Shown piece after piece: positions 36,387-48,530 of a stretch of DNA of 50,019 nucleotides. The position numbers and the translations under genes are program-made. The notes beneath the pieces were generated by a model. The model was not told where the DNA came from, searched no databases, and worked only from the letters and a program-made list of their open reading frames with translations. Origin of the DNA: Octopus sinensis (lineage: Eukaryota); NCBI RefSeq assembly GCF_006345805.1, contig NW_021834314.1, positions 1-50,019 on the forward strand, read 5' to 3'. Within the stretch, counting starts at the first letter, position 1. Each line of letters opens with the position of its first letter.

Positions 36387-36789
36387 ACACATACACACAT
36401 ATCGCTCACATGATATGTTGGTCAATTTCAAAATATGTTGGTCTTAAGGAATTTGGCCAATTATTAAACTATATATTATCCTGGGAATGCAACAGGTAAG
36501 TTCAGGTGGGTAGAGCAAACATCATTGATCAAATGCCAGTCGTTGAGTTATGGTGGAATGCTATGACAGGGACGGATTATACAAGTTCCAGTTTCTATGG
36601 AAATGGGCGATCAGTCATATCTCATTTCCCTGTAGATGCGATATATATATTTGTATATGTGAACATACACATATGTGTGTGTATGTATGTGCAGACACAC
36701 ACAGACACAGATTTAAGTTATGCCTAGTAAATTAAAAAGCTAGTGTGTGTGTGTGTGTGTTTATGTATGCACATGATTGTGTGAATCTG

Positions 36790-36945
36790 TTATATATATG
36801 TATATATATATATATATACATACATATATATATACATACATACATATATATATATACATACATACATATATATACATACATACATATATATACATACATA
36901 CATATATATATACATACATATATATATACATACATATATATATAC

Positions 36946-36984
<39 letters not shown>

Positions 36985-37040
36985 CATATACACATACATA
37001 CATATATATACATACATACATACATATATATATATACATA

Positions 37041-37072
<32 letters not shown>

Positions 37073-37102
37073 CATATATATATACACATACATATATATA
37101 TA

Positions 37103-37134
<32 letters not shown>

Positions 37135-37137
37135 CAT

Positions 37138-37170
<33 letters not shown>

Positions 37171-37200
37171 TGTATATATTTATATATGGATGTGTATGTG
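36790..37200. repeat. (TACA/TA)n array
   Basis: Directly visible. Confidence 0.95.
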
Positions 37201-38810
37201 ATCGTGCCATGTAGATGCTTATATTTCTGAGTGTAGGAGGTAAGATTTCAATGTAAGCAATATGAATTGTTATCCAAAGGAATATACAAAAGAAATCAAT
37301 CATTTTTATTCAAGTAGCTGACCTTTAATGCAAACTCCAAGATGTTACTGGCAATAAACTCATTTACATAATATTTACTAACACTGCATTGCCTCAAAAT
37401 TCAAGGAACAAAAGGCAGTATACTGGGTGTTCTTTTCTGCATACATATATAATCACTATCAAAACACTATATCTCACATTTAGACAATTTGTTATTCACT
37501 GATATCTTCAGATTGGTGTTCACATTTTGGTAGTTACGCTCAACAACATTTCAGCTGTTGCGCCCTTTGGTCTTCTTTAGGTGCATGTAGCATTCAGCAA
37601 TGTTCTTCAGAATTTAAAGACAAATCCTCGATGGTTAAATTCATAAGGATGATTAAGCATCAATGTTGAGTATTGTAGCATATCTGGTGGGCATGGGTTC
37701 AATCACTGAGTTAGTCTCTATATTATATATTATCATCATCGTTGCTTAAGATCCGTGTTGGCATGTGTTGGACTATATATATCATCATCATCATTTGATG
37801 TCTGCCTTGGGTTGGACAATTTGACAGATGACAGTAGAAGACCTCAGGCTACTGTGCCTGTTTTTGCATGGCTTTTATGGCTGGATGTCCTTCTTAACAC
37901 CAACCACCCCATAGAGTGGGCTGAGTGCTTTTTATGTGGCACCAATGACAATGTGGTCAAGAAGATTGCTTTCCAACCACATGGTCTCTGGTTCAATCCC
38001 ACTGCATGGCACTGAGGACAAGTGCCTTCTACTATAGCCTAAAGATGACCAAAACCTTGTGTGTGTTTTTCCATACCAACATGGAAAATGGACTTTAAAT
38101 GATGATGATATTGTCCATCATAATAACCAAATTGATCTCACCATTTTGTGATGACCACCAAAGAACATGGGACATGGGTTCCCCCACCACCGCTAACTTC
38201 TTTTTTAAGAATGTTAAAAGAAGTAAAAAAAGAAAACACAATGCCTATTTAGAAATGGAGAATATAAGTTTAGAGCTCATATATCATTAGACTTGAGAGA
38301 TGCAAGACATATTCAGAGAAGCAGCACTAAAGAAATATGGTAGCACCATATTGATTTTTAGGGTCTAAATCCTCTTTAAAAAAACCTATAATATCATGTA
38401 TAACACACAGTATTGCACAACCGCTACAAGAACAGATACGCTACCATTATTCACTATATTAGTTTTTAATATTCCATTTTATATAAAATAAATTGATACA
38501 TAATAAATAAAGAATAGTAATCTAAAATTAATAAAGCTTTAATATCTTTTATTACTTTTCTGCAGTTTTTTTTTCCCCCTTAATAAAAATGGGAAGGGAA
38601 AATTTTTGTAGCTTAATACTATTGTATTGTAAGCAACACTAATTTTAACCTTCATTTTGGAGAATAAAGTGCACACTGTAAATTGAAAATTTTTTTATAA
38701 TTACTTTCTGTCTGTCTCAAACAAAATTTAACCCTTTTGTGACCATGTCTGTGCCTTCGTTTCAATTAATTTTGGAGAATAATGAAGAATTTAGCAAAAT
38801 AACTTTGTTG

Positions 38811-39022
38811 TTACTCTCTTTTACTCTTTTACTTGTTTCAGTCATTTGGATGCGGCCATGCTGGAGCACCGCCTTTAGTCGAGCAAATCGACCCCGGGAC
38901 TTATTCTTTGTAAGCCCAGTACTTATTCTATCGGTTTCTTTTGCCGAACCGCTAAGTGACAGGGACGTAAACACACCAGCATCGGTTGTCAAGCAATGCT
39001 AGGGGGACAAACACAGACACAG

Positions 39023-39054
<32 letters not shown>

Positions 39055-39222
39055 GTATAAACGACATGCTTCTTTCAGTTTCCGTCTACCAAATCCACTC
39101 ACAAGGCATTGGTCGGCCCGGGGCTATAGCAGAAGACACTTGTCCAAGATGCCACGCAGTGGGACTGAACCTGGAACCATGTGGTTGGTTAGCAAGCTAC
39201 TTACCACACAGCCACTCCTGCG
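38811..39222 (-). mobile_element. Full-length family B SINE inserted in a MITE
   Basis: ctctcttttactcttttacttgtttcagtc ... ccacacagccactcctgcg. Confidence 0.92.
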
Positions 39223-39279
39223 TTAGGAACATAAATTAATATAAATTTTAATGGAAGATTTTCATTTAGATCACTTTAA

Positions 39280-39710
39280 CCCTTCTGTCACCATATTTTT
39301 CTGTCTATTTCAATTTAGTCCGAAAATAACGAAGAATTTAGTAAAATAACTGTTGTTGTTGTTATTAAGCTGAGGTTTGGAGCATAAATTTACAGGAAAT
39401 TTTGATGAATAGTTTTTATTTAAATCACTTTAAAACAGAAAGTTTGTATCATAGAATGAGGAGCAATCTTAACCCTTTTATTACCAACCCAGCTGAAACC
39501 GGCTCTGAGTACAAATGTCTTGTTTTCATAAGTGTTGAATTAAAATCTTCCACCAAACCTTAGTCACAATTTATGTTCCTAACACTAGCTAAATGATAAC
39601 TAAGTTATTTTACTAAATTCTTTGTTATATTTGAAGTAATTGAAAGATACACAGAGCATCTCAAAATAAATACAGTAACGAAAGGGTTAAGCAGGTTGGT
39701 ATCAAAAGGG
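39280..39710 (+). mobile_element. piggyBac-like MITE (outer)
   Basis: TTAA(39276-79)|cccttctgtcacca ... tggtatcaaaaggg|TTAA(39711-14). TIR match is 11/14. Confidence 0.75.
39473..39686 (+). mobile_element. piggyBac-like MITE (inner, nested)
   Basis: TTAA(39469-72)|cccttttattac ... gtaacgaaaggg|TTAA(39687-90). TIR match is 10/12. Confidence 0.8.
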
Positions 39711-40004
39711 TTAAGTCAGAAGATAATGAAGAATTAAGCAAAATACCTTTGTCATTATTAAGCTTTGTTTGGAACATACATGTCATTGATTGGTTGAAAT
39801 TACCAAAATACAACTACTTTAACGTGAAATAACTTCGAAAATATAAGATTTTCTCAAAAATGCTAAGAGTAAATCAAGTTTTATATGACACATTCTACCA
39901 GTGTCCGAAGTTTGAAAGTGTTTAGTTACAAAAAATTATTTTTAAAAATCTGTCGGCCTAAAGGTAAAGATCCGTCAGTTCTGTTGAACAACTAAGTTAT
40001 AGCA

Positions 40005-40385
40005 ACACAAATGAACCAACACCAGTTGTCAAAGAGTGGGGTGACAAACAGACCATCACCACACACAGACACACTCGCACATACACACACATAAACATGA
40101 ACACACACATGCATGATAGGCTTCCACATACTGTCCATCCTACAAATTCACTCACAAGGCATTAGTCAGCCAAGGGCTACAATAAAAGACACTTGCCCAA
40201 GGTGCCACACAGTGGGATTGAACCTAAAACTACATTATTGGAGAGTGAACTTCTAAACTACATGGCCATGGCCACCAAGGGCTACAATAAAAGACACTTG
40301 CCCAAGGTGCCACACAGTGGGACTGAACCTAAAACTACATTATTGCAGAGTGAGCTTCTAAACTACATGGCTATGGCCGCACCTC
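40005..40385 (-). mobile_element. Degenerate family B SINE with a 105-bp tandem duplication of the head
   Basis: 40171-40275 is repeated at 40276-40380. Confidence 0.8.
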
Positions 40386-41019
40386 CCAGTGCATAATAAA
40401 TTTCCTTCACAATTTCCCATTTCAAAGTCTTGCTTATTTCTCCTGTTTTTCCTGTTCGGAAACTACTGTACCTAAAAGCAACGGTTTACCAAAATACCTT
40501 TACAATACGATAGCAAACTTGAACTTGTCTAATCTTTTTCTGAAACACTGTGCTTAAATGACACTTCATATGACCTGACCTTAAATCAAAACATTCACCT
40601 CTCTGACAGCTATCCTAAGATATTTCAGTAAATTGGCTCACCTTGTCATACAGTTACTTTATAAACTGTATAATTTCAAAAGAATGTTTATAAACAATAT
40701 TGGTGGTGGGGGAGGAGGGGTGGAGAGATCTTTCAGTATGCGAAAATGGTGGGGAATAAATATGTCTAAAACATAAAACACTGTACTTAAATTGAGTAAA
40801 AGTTTCTGCTCTGACTTTACTCTTGCTATCATAATCCTTTAAACAACTTCATACGTATGTGTAGATACATATATACATTATAGGTAGAGTCGTGGTTGTG
40901 TGATAAGAAACTTGCTTACCAACCACATGGCACTTTGGTCAAGTGTCTTCTGCTATAGCCTTGTGAGTGAACTTGGTAAACAGAAGTTCACTCACAATTA
41001 GTGGCAAGTGAATTTTTCC

Positions 41020-41298
41020 TTGGCTGTTGCCAGCTTCGTCTGGTCTCCGTGCCGGTGGCACGTAAAAAGCACCATCCGTCCGTGGCCGTTTGCCAGCTCC
41101 GTCTGGCACCTGTGCGGGTGGCACGTAAAAAGCACCCACTACACTCATGGAATGATTGGCGTTAGGAAGGGCATCCAGCTGTAGAGACACTGCCAGATCA
41201 GACTGGGCCTGGTGCAGCCTTCTGGCTTCTCAGACCCCAGTTGAACCGTCCAACCCATGCTAGCATGGAAAGCGGACGTTAAACGATGATGATGATGT
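41020..41298 (+). mobile_element. Family D retroposon
   Basis: gtgccggtggcacgtaaaaagcacc...ggcgttaggaagggcatccagctgtag...gacgttaaacgatgatg. Confidence 0.88.
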
Positions 41299-41439
41299 TT
41301 TATTTTGTGTAGTCACCTTCGTTATTGTATACACACACACACACACACAGCAGGAGTTGTTGACTAACACTTTATGAGATAGGAACTCGAATAAGTCTGT
41401 AGTTATATAGCCAAACACCTAAAGGCACATGTATCAGGG

Positions 41440-41718
41440 AGAAATCAAGCAAGTGGTGAGATGGTTCTTCCACCATGTCCTTCATGCCACATTTGCAATG
41501 AGTGTGGTTTAATCTGTAAGTCAGTCAGCAGCCTGACCGGGCATCATGGTACAATGCACAAGGTCACAACTCACAAGGTCGGTGAAGCCAGGAGACAGAC
41601 AGTTCAAGAGGTACATCAGTGAAAGTGTTTGCAGAATGGAAGCTGAGATGAAAAGCCACTTGTGTGCACTTGATTTTGCACAGTTCAATGAAGAGATGAT
41701 ACTCTTCTGACTAACGAG
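41440..41718 (+). mobile_element. Degenerate RTE-like LINE 3' end with C2H2 zinc finger(s)
   Basis: From 41461: ..HICNECGLICKSVSSLTGHHGTMH (Cx2Cx12Hx4H). A decayed second finger (ISESVCRMEAEMKSHLCA) lies in another frame, and stops are present. No linker or splice context for a host ZNF gene. Confidence 0.5.
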
Positions 41719-42044
41719 CAATCATCACGCATGCATGCACACACACACACACACGGCTGTTTTGATGTTCAATTATAAGAGTTTCAAATTCTATTGGTAC
41801 AAGACCAGTAATTTCGAGGTGGTGTTAACCCTCTCGGGACACCCAGGCTGATTAAATCAGTCCAAGTGATACAAGCTGAAAGGACTTTGAGGCCGAATCA
41901 TTGGCCTGATGGAATAAATGCTGTGAATGGTTGGTTTTGAAGTGTAATAGCTAATCAGAGATTGTCTTTCAGGAGATGGTATCTCAATAGAAAATAAAAA
42001 TTTGGTCTTTTCAGCTACACATACCAAACACTGTGTGCCTTAAT

Positions 42045-42430
42045 GGGGTTAAGTAGATTACATCAACCCCAGTGCTCAACTGGTACTTATTTTATTGACC
42101 CTGAAAGGATGAAAGGCAAAGATGACCACAACAAAATTTGAACTCAGAACGTAAAGGCAGATGAAATGCCGCTTAAGTATTTCTCCTGTCTTGCTAATGA
42201 ATTTGCCAGCTTGCCACCTTATGTTCAGTAATAATCCTTTCTACAATAGGCACAAGGCCAGAAATTCTGGGTGAGTGGGCTAGTTGATTATATTGATGCC
42301 AGTGCTTAACTAATACTTATTTCGACCCTGAATGGACGAAAGGCAAAGTCAACCTAGGTGGAATTTGAACTCAGAAAGTAAAAATGAACGAAATGCTGGA
42401 AAACATTTTGTCCAGCATGCTAACAATTCC
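42045..42430 (-). mobile_element. Two degenerate family A-related SINEs
   Basis: Each has ..gaaaggcaaag..gaatttgaactcaga.. (42045-42222 and 42240-42430). Confidence 0.75.
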
Positions 42431-42749
42431 AAAAGCAATTTTACATTAATAAAAATTTATTCTTCTTACACAAAAGTGTTACTGACAGTGAATTCAAAGT
42501 TTCAACTAGTTAAGCCATCATCAGGTGAAAATGGTTCAGCAGGTTGAAACTAAGTCATTGTCAATAATATTCTTGTCTAAGAATAATAAACATATATACA
42601 GCAGCATCAATACCAAGCAGGGATTAGGAATAAATGAACTTTAGATTAGGTACAATATGTTTGTGATATATTTTTACTTCTAAAGGCAAACTCACTGCAG
42701 TTACCATGGATAATATATTATGTTATTTATATAGGTAGTGGGTAGCTTT

Positions 42750-43143
42750 TCTTCACTACTTCAGGGAGTGACGACCCTACCTGACATGAGTCCCAGGCTC
42801 AGCTGGCTCTGGCTGACAGTACCCAGTATCTAGGGTTACGGAAAGGAGACAACCTCCAAAGAAATCCGGAGTGGAGCCCCGTAGGCGGTTTAGCGTTCGA
42901 TTCGACACTCTTCCGGCAGCTCCTGCAACCAAGCTGGTACCAAACGTAATGCTCTGCACTCCTTTGGATTATGTCAGCAAGGTCGAGAGAGGAATCCTGA
43001 CGATTGGGCTACCCAAGATTTTCTTACATCTAACCCAGGCCTGCGCAAAACTGGAGAGGACATGAAATGTAAAAACCAGACTGGATTAGTTTATGCACAA
43101 CTCCATTGTCTCCCGAGACAAAAGGATGCCAACAACAACAACA
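42750..43143 (+). mobile_element. Putative non-autonomous RTE-derived retroelement with (AAC)n tail
   Basis: A GC-richer block (ggagtggagcccc..cttccggcagctcctgcaaccaagctggt..gtcgagagaggaatcctgac) that I recall as RTE 5'UTR-like. It ends cccgagacaaaaggatgccaacaacaacaacaa and has no ORF. Confidence 0.45.
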
Positions 43144-43230
43144 ATATATATATATATGTATTTTACTCAAAGAAATTCCAACTTTGATTTTCATGCTTTA
43201 TTTACAGTCTTACAATATAATATAATATAA

Positions 43231-43434
43231 TATAATTAAATGATAGAATATCAAATGTCCATTCTAATTGAACTATTTTCATGCATTAAACAAAGTTTAG
43301 CCATCTCGCCACAGTTGTAAACTGTAAAACATAACCGTCACCACTACTACATGAACCTGAAGATTGCATAGTTTAATTCATGAAAGTACTAGTTCAATCA
43401 GAATGGACATTTAATATTCTATCATTTCATTATA
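43231..43434. mobile_element. MITE/foldback element with ~61-64-bp TIRs
   Basis: tataattaaatgatagaatatcaaatgtccattctaattgaacta..ttcatgcattaaac (43231-43291) matches the reverse complement of 43371-43434. Confidence 0.75.
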
Positions 43435-44269
43435 TGACATTATCTTATATAATATTATTATAAGATTGTAAATAAAACATGATAATCAGACGAAGTTGGA
43501 ATTTCTTTGAGTAATATATTCTTCAATACACAATCATACACACCCACGTATATATACATATAAATATATATTAAATTTATATATATATATATATATATTA
43601 AATTTATATATTTATACTGTAAAATTAGATTTAATCCTAAATCTAATTTTTCCCTGTAAGTTTGGATTTACTTCCCTAATATTATTATTATACATATGTA
43701 TATGTATCAGGCTTCTTTTAGTTTCCATCTCCCAAATCCACTCATGAAGCTCTTGTTGGCCTGGGTCTATTGCAGAAGACACTTGCCCAAAATGCCAGGC
43801 AGTGGAACTCGACTCGAAACCAAGTGGTTGGGAAGCAAATTTCTTATCACACAGTCATACCTGCACATAAACACACACACACACACACACATTTACATAC
43901 ATTCTGCCCCACCCCCACCCCCACTCCGAATATTGCAAAAACAAGGAATATAGAAAAACTAGATGTGAGATATACAGTTTTATTTACTCTGTTCAAAGAT
44001 AGGTAATATGTAACTCAGAGGAATGGTTAGTCAAGTTTAGTTTCCAATAAATAAATGCATGTGAGTCTATGTGTACACACACACACACACACACTCACTG
44101 ACTCTGTGTTTATTCTGGACTGAAATACAGAATAACAAGAGATAAAAATAGTACAAAATAACAAACAAAAATGGAAAGAAAATGATAAAAACTGAACCAA
44201 GATAAACAAGCTAAATATCTGATAAGGCATCCAATTTTATAAAATTTCATATAAACATACTTGTGTGTG

Positions 44270-44302
<33 letters not shown>

Positions 44303-45185
44303 TTCTGCCAATGAAGTTTCCTGTCTAAACTATTGAAAAATCACATACATCTACAAAAGTCAAATTTATTGATGTTTGGGAAATTTCATTCGATGATTTT
44401 TTTTTGGCCTACACAGATCACCTGTAGTTTCCTCAGATTTTCGTCCATGATATGTATATTGCCCTTACAAGCTTTATTAAGTGCAATGCTCCTAACTTAT
44501 GTAACTCTACAGACACACACATATATATACACATATATAAACACATGTATGCACAGACCTATGCATACATATTGCATATATATTCATTTCTAAATATACA
44601 AATAACCAATATATCTTTTACAGTATTGAGTCCCATTTCTCCAGTTCATTGAAACAAATATGTACATACATACAAATATATACATACATACAAATATACG
44701 TACATACAAATATACGTACATACAAATATATAAAACATTCACACAGTGTCATTCTCTCACATATACACACCATACACGGCAAACTTGAACATTTATAAAT
44801 AAAATAACATAGGTACATTTTCTTTTCAAAGTACTATCATAATCATTAGTTGTAGCTGTCTATGCTAGGACAGTATTGAATACCACATAACTATATAATA
44901 TATTAAAACCTATCTTGTTTTCAATATCTCACTAGCCAATAGTAATTCTCATGAATGTGCCAACAAGTTTGTACTTAGCTTAACCTTCTTGTTATTCACG
45001 CTATTTTACAATTCTTCAGTTTGTGTTTAAGTATAAACAAAAAGCACCAGGACTTATTAAATGCCTGATGGCATTTAATCCTGTTGCACTGTGTATGGGT
45101 TCAAATCTTGATAAGGTCAACTGCGTTTTCTATTTCTCCAAAATTTAATAAACGAAATATATACACAAACACATATAAGATATAC

Positions 45186-45220
<35 letters not shown>

Positions 45221-45222
45221 GT

Positions 45223-45448
45223 GTGTGGAGGCGCAATGGCCCAGTGGTTAGGGCAGCAGACTCGCGGTTGTAGGATCGTGGTTTTGATTCCCAGACCGGG
45301 CGTTGTGAGTGTTTATTGAGTGAAAACACCTAAAGTTCCACGAGGCTCTGGTAGAGGATGGTGGCGATTCCTGCTGTACTCTTTCACCACAACTTTCTCT
45401 CACTCTTTCTTCTGTTGGCCTGCTCACTTAACCAGCAGGGGGGCGTCA
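45223..45448 (+). mobile_element. Family E SINE, 3'-truncated
   Basis: gtgtggaggcgcaatggcccagtggttagggcagcagactcgcgg... Confidence 0.88.
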
Positions 45449-45450
45449 TG

Positions 45451-45484
<34 letters not shown>

Positions 45485-45519
45485 ATATATATCATCATCA
45501 TCGTTTAACGTCCGTTTTC

Positions 45520-46020
45520 CACGCTAGCGGTATTTCGTCTGTCCTTACATTCTGAGTTCAAATTCTACCAAAGACGACTGTGCCTTTCATCCTATTGGGA
45601 TTGATGAATTAAGTACCAGTTGTGTATTGGGGTCAATCTAATTGACTGGATCCTTCCCCAAAAATTTTGGGCCTTGTGCCAAGAGTAGAAAATAATCGTT
45701 AGCACGCTGAGCGAAGTGATTAGTGGTAACTTTTAGGCTCGATAAATTAAGTACCAGTTGTGTACTGGGGTTGATCTAATCAAATGGAACCCTCCCCAAA
45801 AATTTTGGGTCTTTTGTCTAGAGTAGAAAAGAATCATTAGCATGCCGGGCAAAATGCTCAGTGGCATTTCATCCATCTTTGCATTCAGAGTTCAAATTCC
45901 GCCAGGGGTTGTCTCTGTCTTTCATCCTTTCATGGTTGATAAAATAAGTACCAGTTGAGCATTGGGGGAGATGGGGGCTTTTTTATCGATGTAACTGACT
46001 TACCCCCTCCTTTGAAATTA
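45520..46020 (+). mobile_element. Three tandem family A-related SINE pieces
   Basis: gataaa(t/a)taagtaccagttg.g.a.tgggg recurs at about 45603, 45740 and 45938. Confidence 0.75.
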
Positions 46021-46979
46021 CTGACCAATATTTATGCCACATATAAAGGAAATGTAAGAGCTTAGCATCATGAAGGGGATCCTGATGTAGAAAACCACCT
46101 TAACAATGTCATTAACCTTTGCCAAGCATTAAGAAAAGAAGAAAAAGCACCTGTGAAGAAGGCCACGATGGTGGTGGTGGTGGGGAAGGGGGAGTGTGGA
46201 ATCTGAGGGGGGAAAAGTGTAGGAGTAGGAGGAGAAGGGTAGGAGTAGTAGGACAGGTGAAAGATGAGGGTGGGGGAGAGAAGCTGAGGAGGTAGTGTGG
46301 CTAAAGAGGAAGGGGCAGAGGAGGATGGAGGGGAGATGAGGGTAGGAGAAGGGGACGGGGAGGAGGATGGAAGGAGAGGATGGGGAGGTCTGGGCTGGAT
46401 GAGGAGAGAACAATTGAATGAGGAGAAAACGTGTGGAGGAGGGAGGGAGAGGAGGACTAGTAAGGGGGAACTAGAATGGGGGTGGGGGAGAGATGGAGGG
46501 GAAAGCAGGAGGAGGGGAGAAAAAGAAGAATAAGAAGAAGAAGAAAAAGCCTTAAAAAAATATATAATGAAACAAAATTAAAGAAATGATGATGAAATAT
46601 ATAAATAGATGGAGATCTGCATCGGAGGAGAAGTGGAATTCTGTCAAGTGGCAAAACAACCAAAATGGCATCAACAACAACAATAACAACAACATTGGCA
46701 ACAAAAGAACAACAACAAGTCGATAAAGAAACATTGACACAAATGCCAAACAGCAATGACGGAAAATAAGAACAAGAAAATAAGACTTTTGTCATCAATG
46801 AGAGGCAAACAACAATAAAATTATCTCCGACAACAACATTTTCTGTTACTACCTCTGCCGCCATAACATAAACACCACCAACACCAACACCAACAATGCC
46901 ACCACTGCTAATGACACTTCGTATCACCATCAATGCCAACACCACTGCCACCAACACCAACACTCACCACCATCATCAC

Positions 46980-47335
46980 CATCATCATCATCATCAACAG
47001 CACTGCTAATAACAACATCAGCAGCAACACTTCCTATTACCATCAATACCAACACTGCTACCACTACTACCAACACCACCTCCGACAACAGTCCCCACCA
47101 TCATCATCATCATCAACAGCACTGCTAATAACAACATCAGCAGCAACACTTCCTATTACCATCAATACCAACACTGCTACCACTACTACCAACACCACCT
47201 CCGACAACAGTCCCCACCATCATCATCATCATCAACAGCACTGCTAATAACAACATCAGCAGCAACACTTCCTATTACCATCAATACCAACACTGCTACC
47301 ACTACTACCAACACCACCTCCGACAACAGTCACCA
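46980..47335. repeat. Three near-identical 119-bp tandem units
   Basis: caacagcactgctaataac occurs at 46995, 47114 and 47233 (period 119). Confidence 0.93.
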
Positions 47336-48029
47336 CCATCATCATCAACAACAACAGCACCATCATCATCAACAACAGCACCACCACCACTGACAACAAC
47401 ACTTCCTATTACCACCACCACCACCATCATCATCAACAACAGCAACACCTCCTATTGCCACCACCACCACCACTACCATTAAAAACAGCAACACCTATCG
47501 CCACCACCACCACTACCATCATCATCATCATCAGCAACAGCAATACCACAAACAACAACAACGGCAGTGGTGGCACCACAACCATCACTACCAACAACCA
47601 TTTCCTATGACCAACAACAGCAACGCCCACCACCATCACAACCTCCACCCCGTAAACACAAACACAACAACTAACCATTATCATCGCAAAAATTCAAAAA
47701 AAAAATAATAATAAAAAGCAGAAAAATAATAATTGAAGAAAAAAAAAAGAATAAAAAAGAGAAAAGAAGCAGAACTGATTGCAAGGCGTCAAGTGAACTG
47801 TAAACAACTTGTTGCAATGCAATGCGTTCACTTAATTATTTTTACTGCCGGACATAAAAAGGAGAGAAAGGCTTTAGCCAAGCTTCCTCTCCGCACACAC
47901 GGAGAGAAAAAAGAATGCACACGCAAATAAAACAAAAGGCGAATAACCAAACATACTTCAGCATCATCATCACTATCATCCTCATCCTCGTCATCATCGT
48001 CATCATCATAACCAACAGCACTACCGTCA

Positions 48030-48530
48030 TCTCCTTTGTTATAACCACCACCACCAGCACCACCACCACCATCACCACCACCTGCTTTGTTATAACCACT
48101 ACCACCACCACCACCACCACCACCACCACCATCACCACCACCTGCTTTGTTATAACCAACACCACCACCAGCACCACCACCTGCTTTGTTATAACCACTA
48201 CCACCACCACCACCAGCACCACCACCATCACCACCACCTGCTTTGTTATAACCACTACCACCACCACCACCAGCACCACCACCATCACCACCACCTGCTT
48301 TGTTATAACCACTACCACCACCACCTGCTTTGTTATAACCACTACCACCACCACCTGCTTTGTTATAACCACTACCACCACAACCACCAGCACCACCACC
48401 ATCACCACCACCTGCTTTGTTATAACCACTACCACCACCACCACCAGCACCACCACCATCACCACCACCTGCTTTGTTATAACCACTACCACCACCACCA
48501 CCACAACCGTCATTTGCTTTGTTATAATCA
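48030..48530. repeat. Minisatellite cctgctttgttataacc-(ACC)n
   Basis: About 11 units with a variable ACC tract. Confidence 0.92.

Noticed and set aside
33909-37303. Many Y/I/M/C/V-rich ORFs of 100-344 aa
   Set aside because: Artefacts of TA/TACA dinucleotide and tetranucleotide arrays.
41461-41620. C2H2 finger as part of the octopus C2H2-ZNF gene expansion
   Set aside because: No TGEKP linkers or tandem array, stops follow, and the Cys at the usual Phe position is typical of LINE C-terminal fingers.
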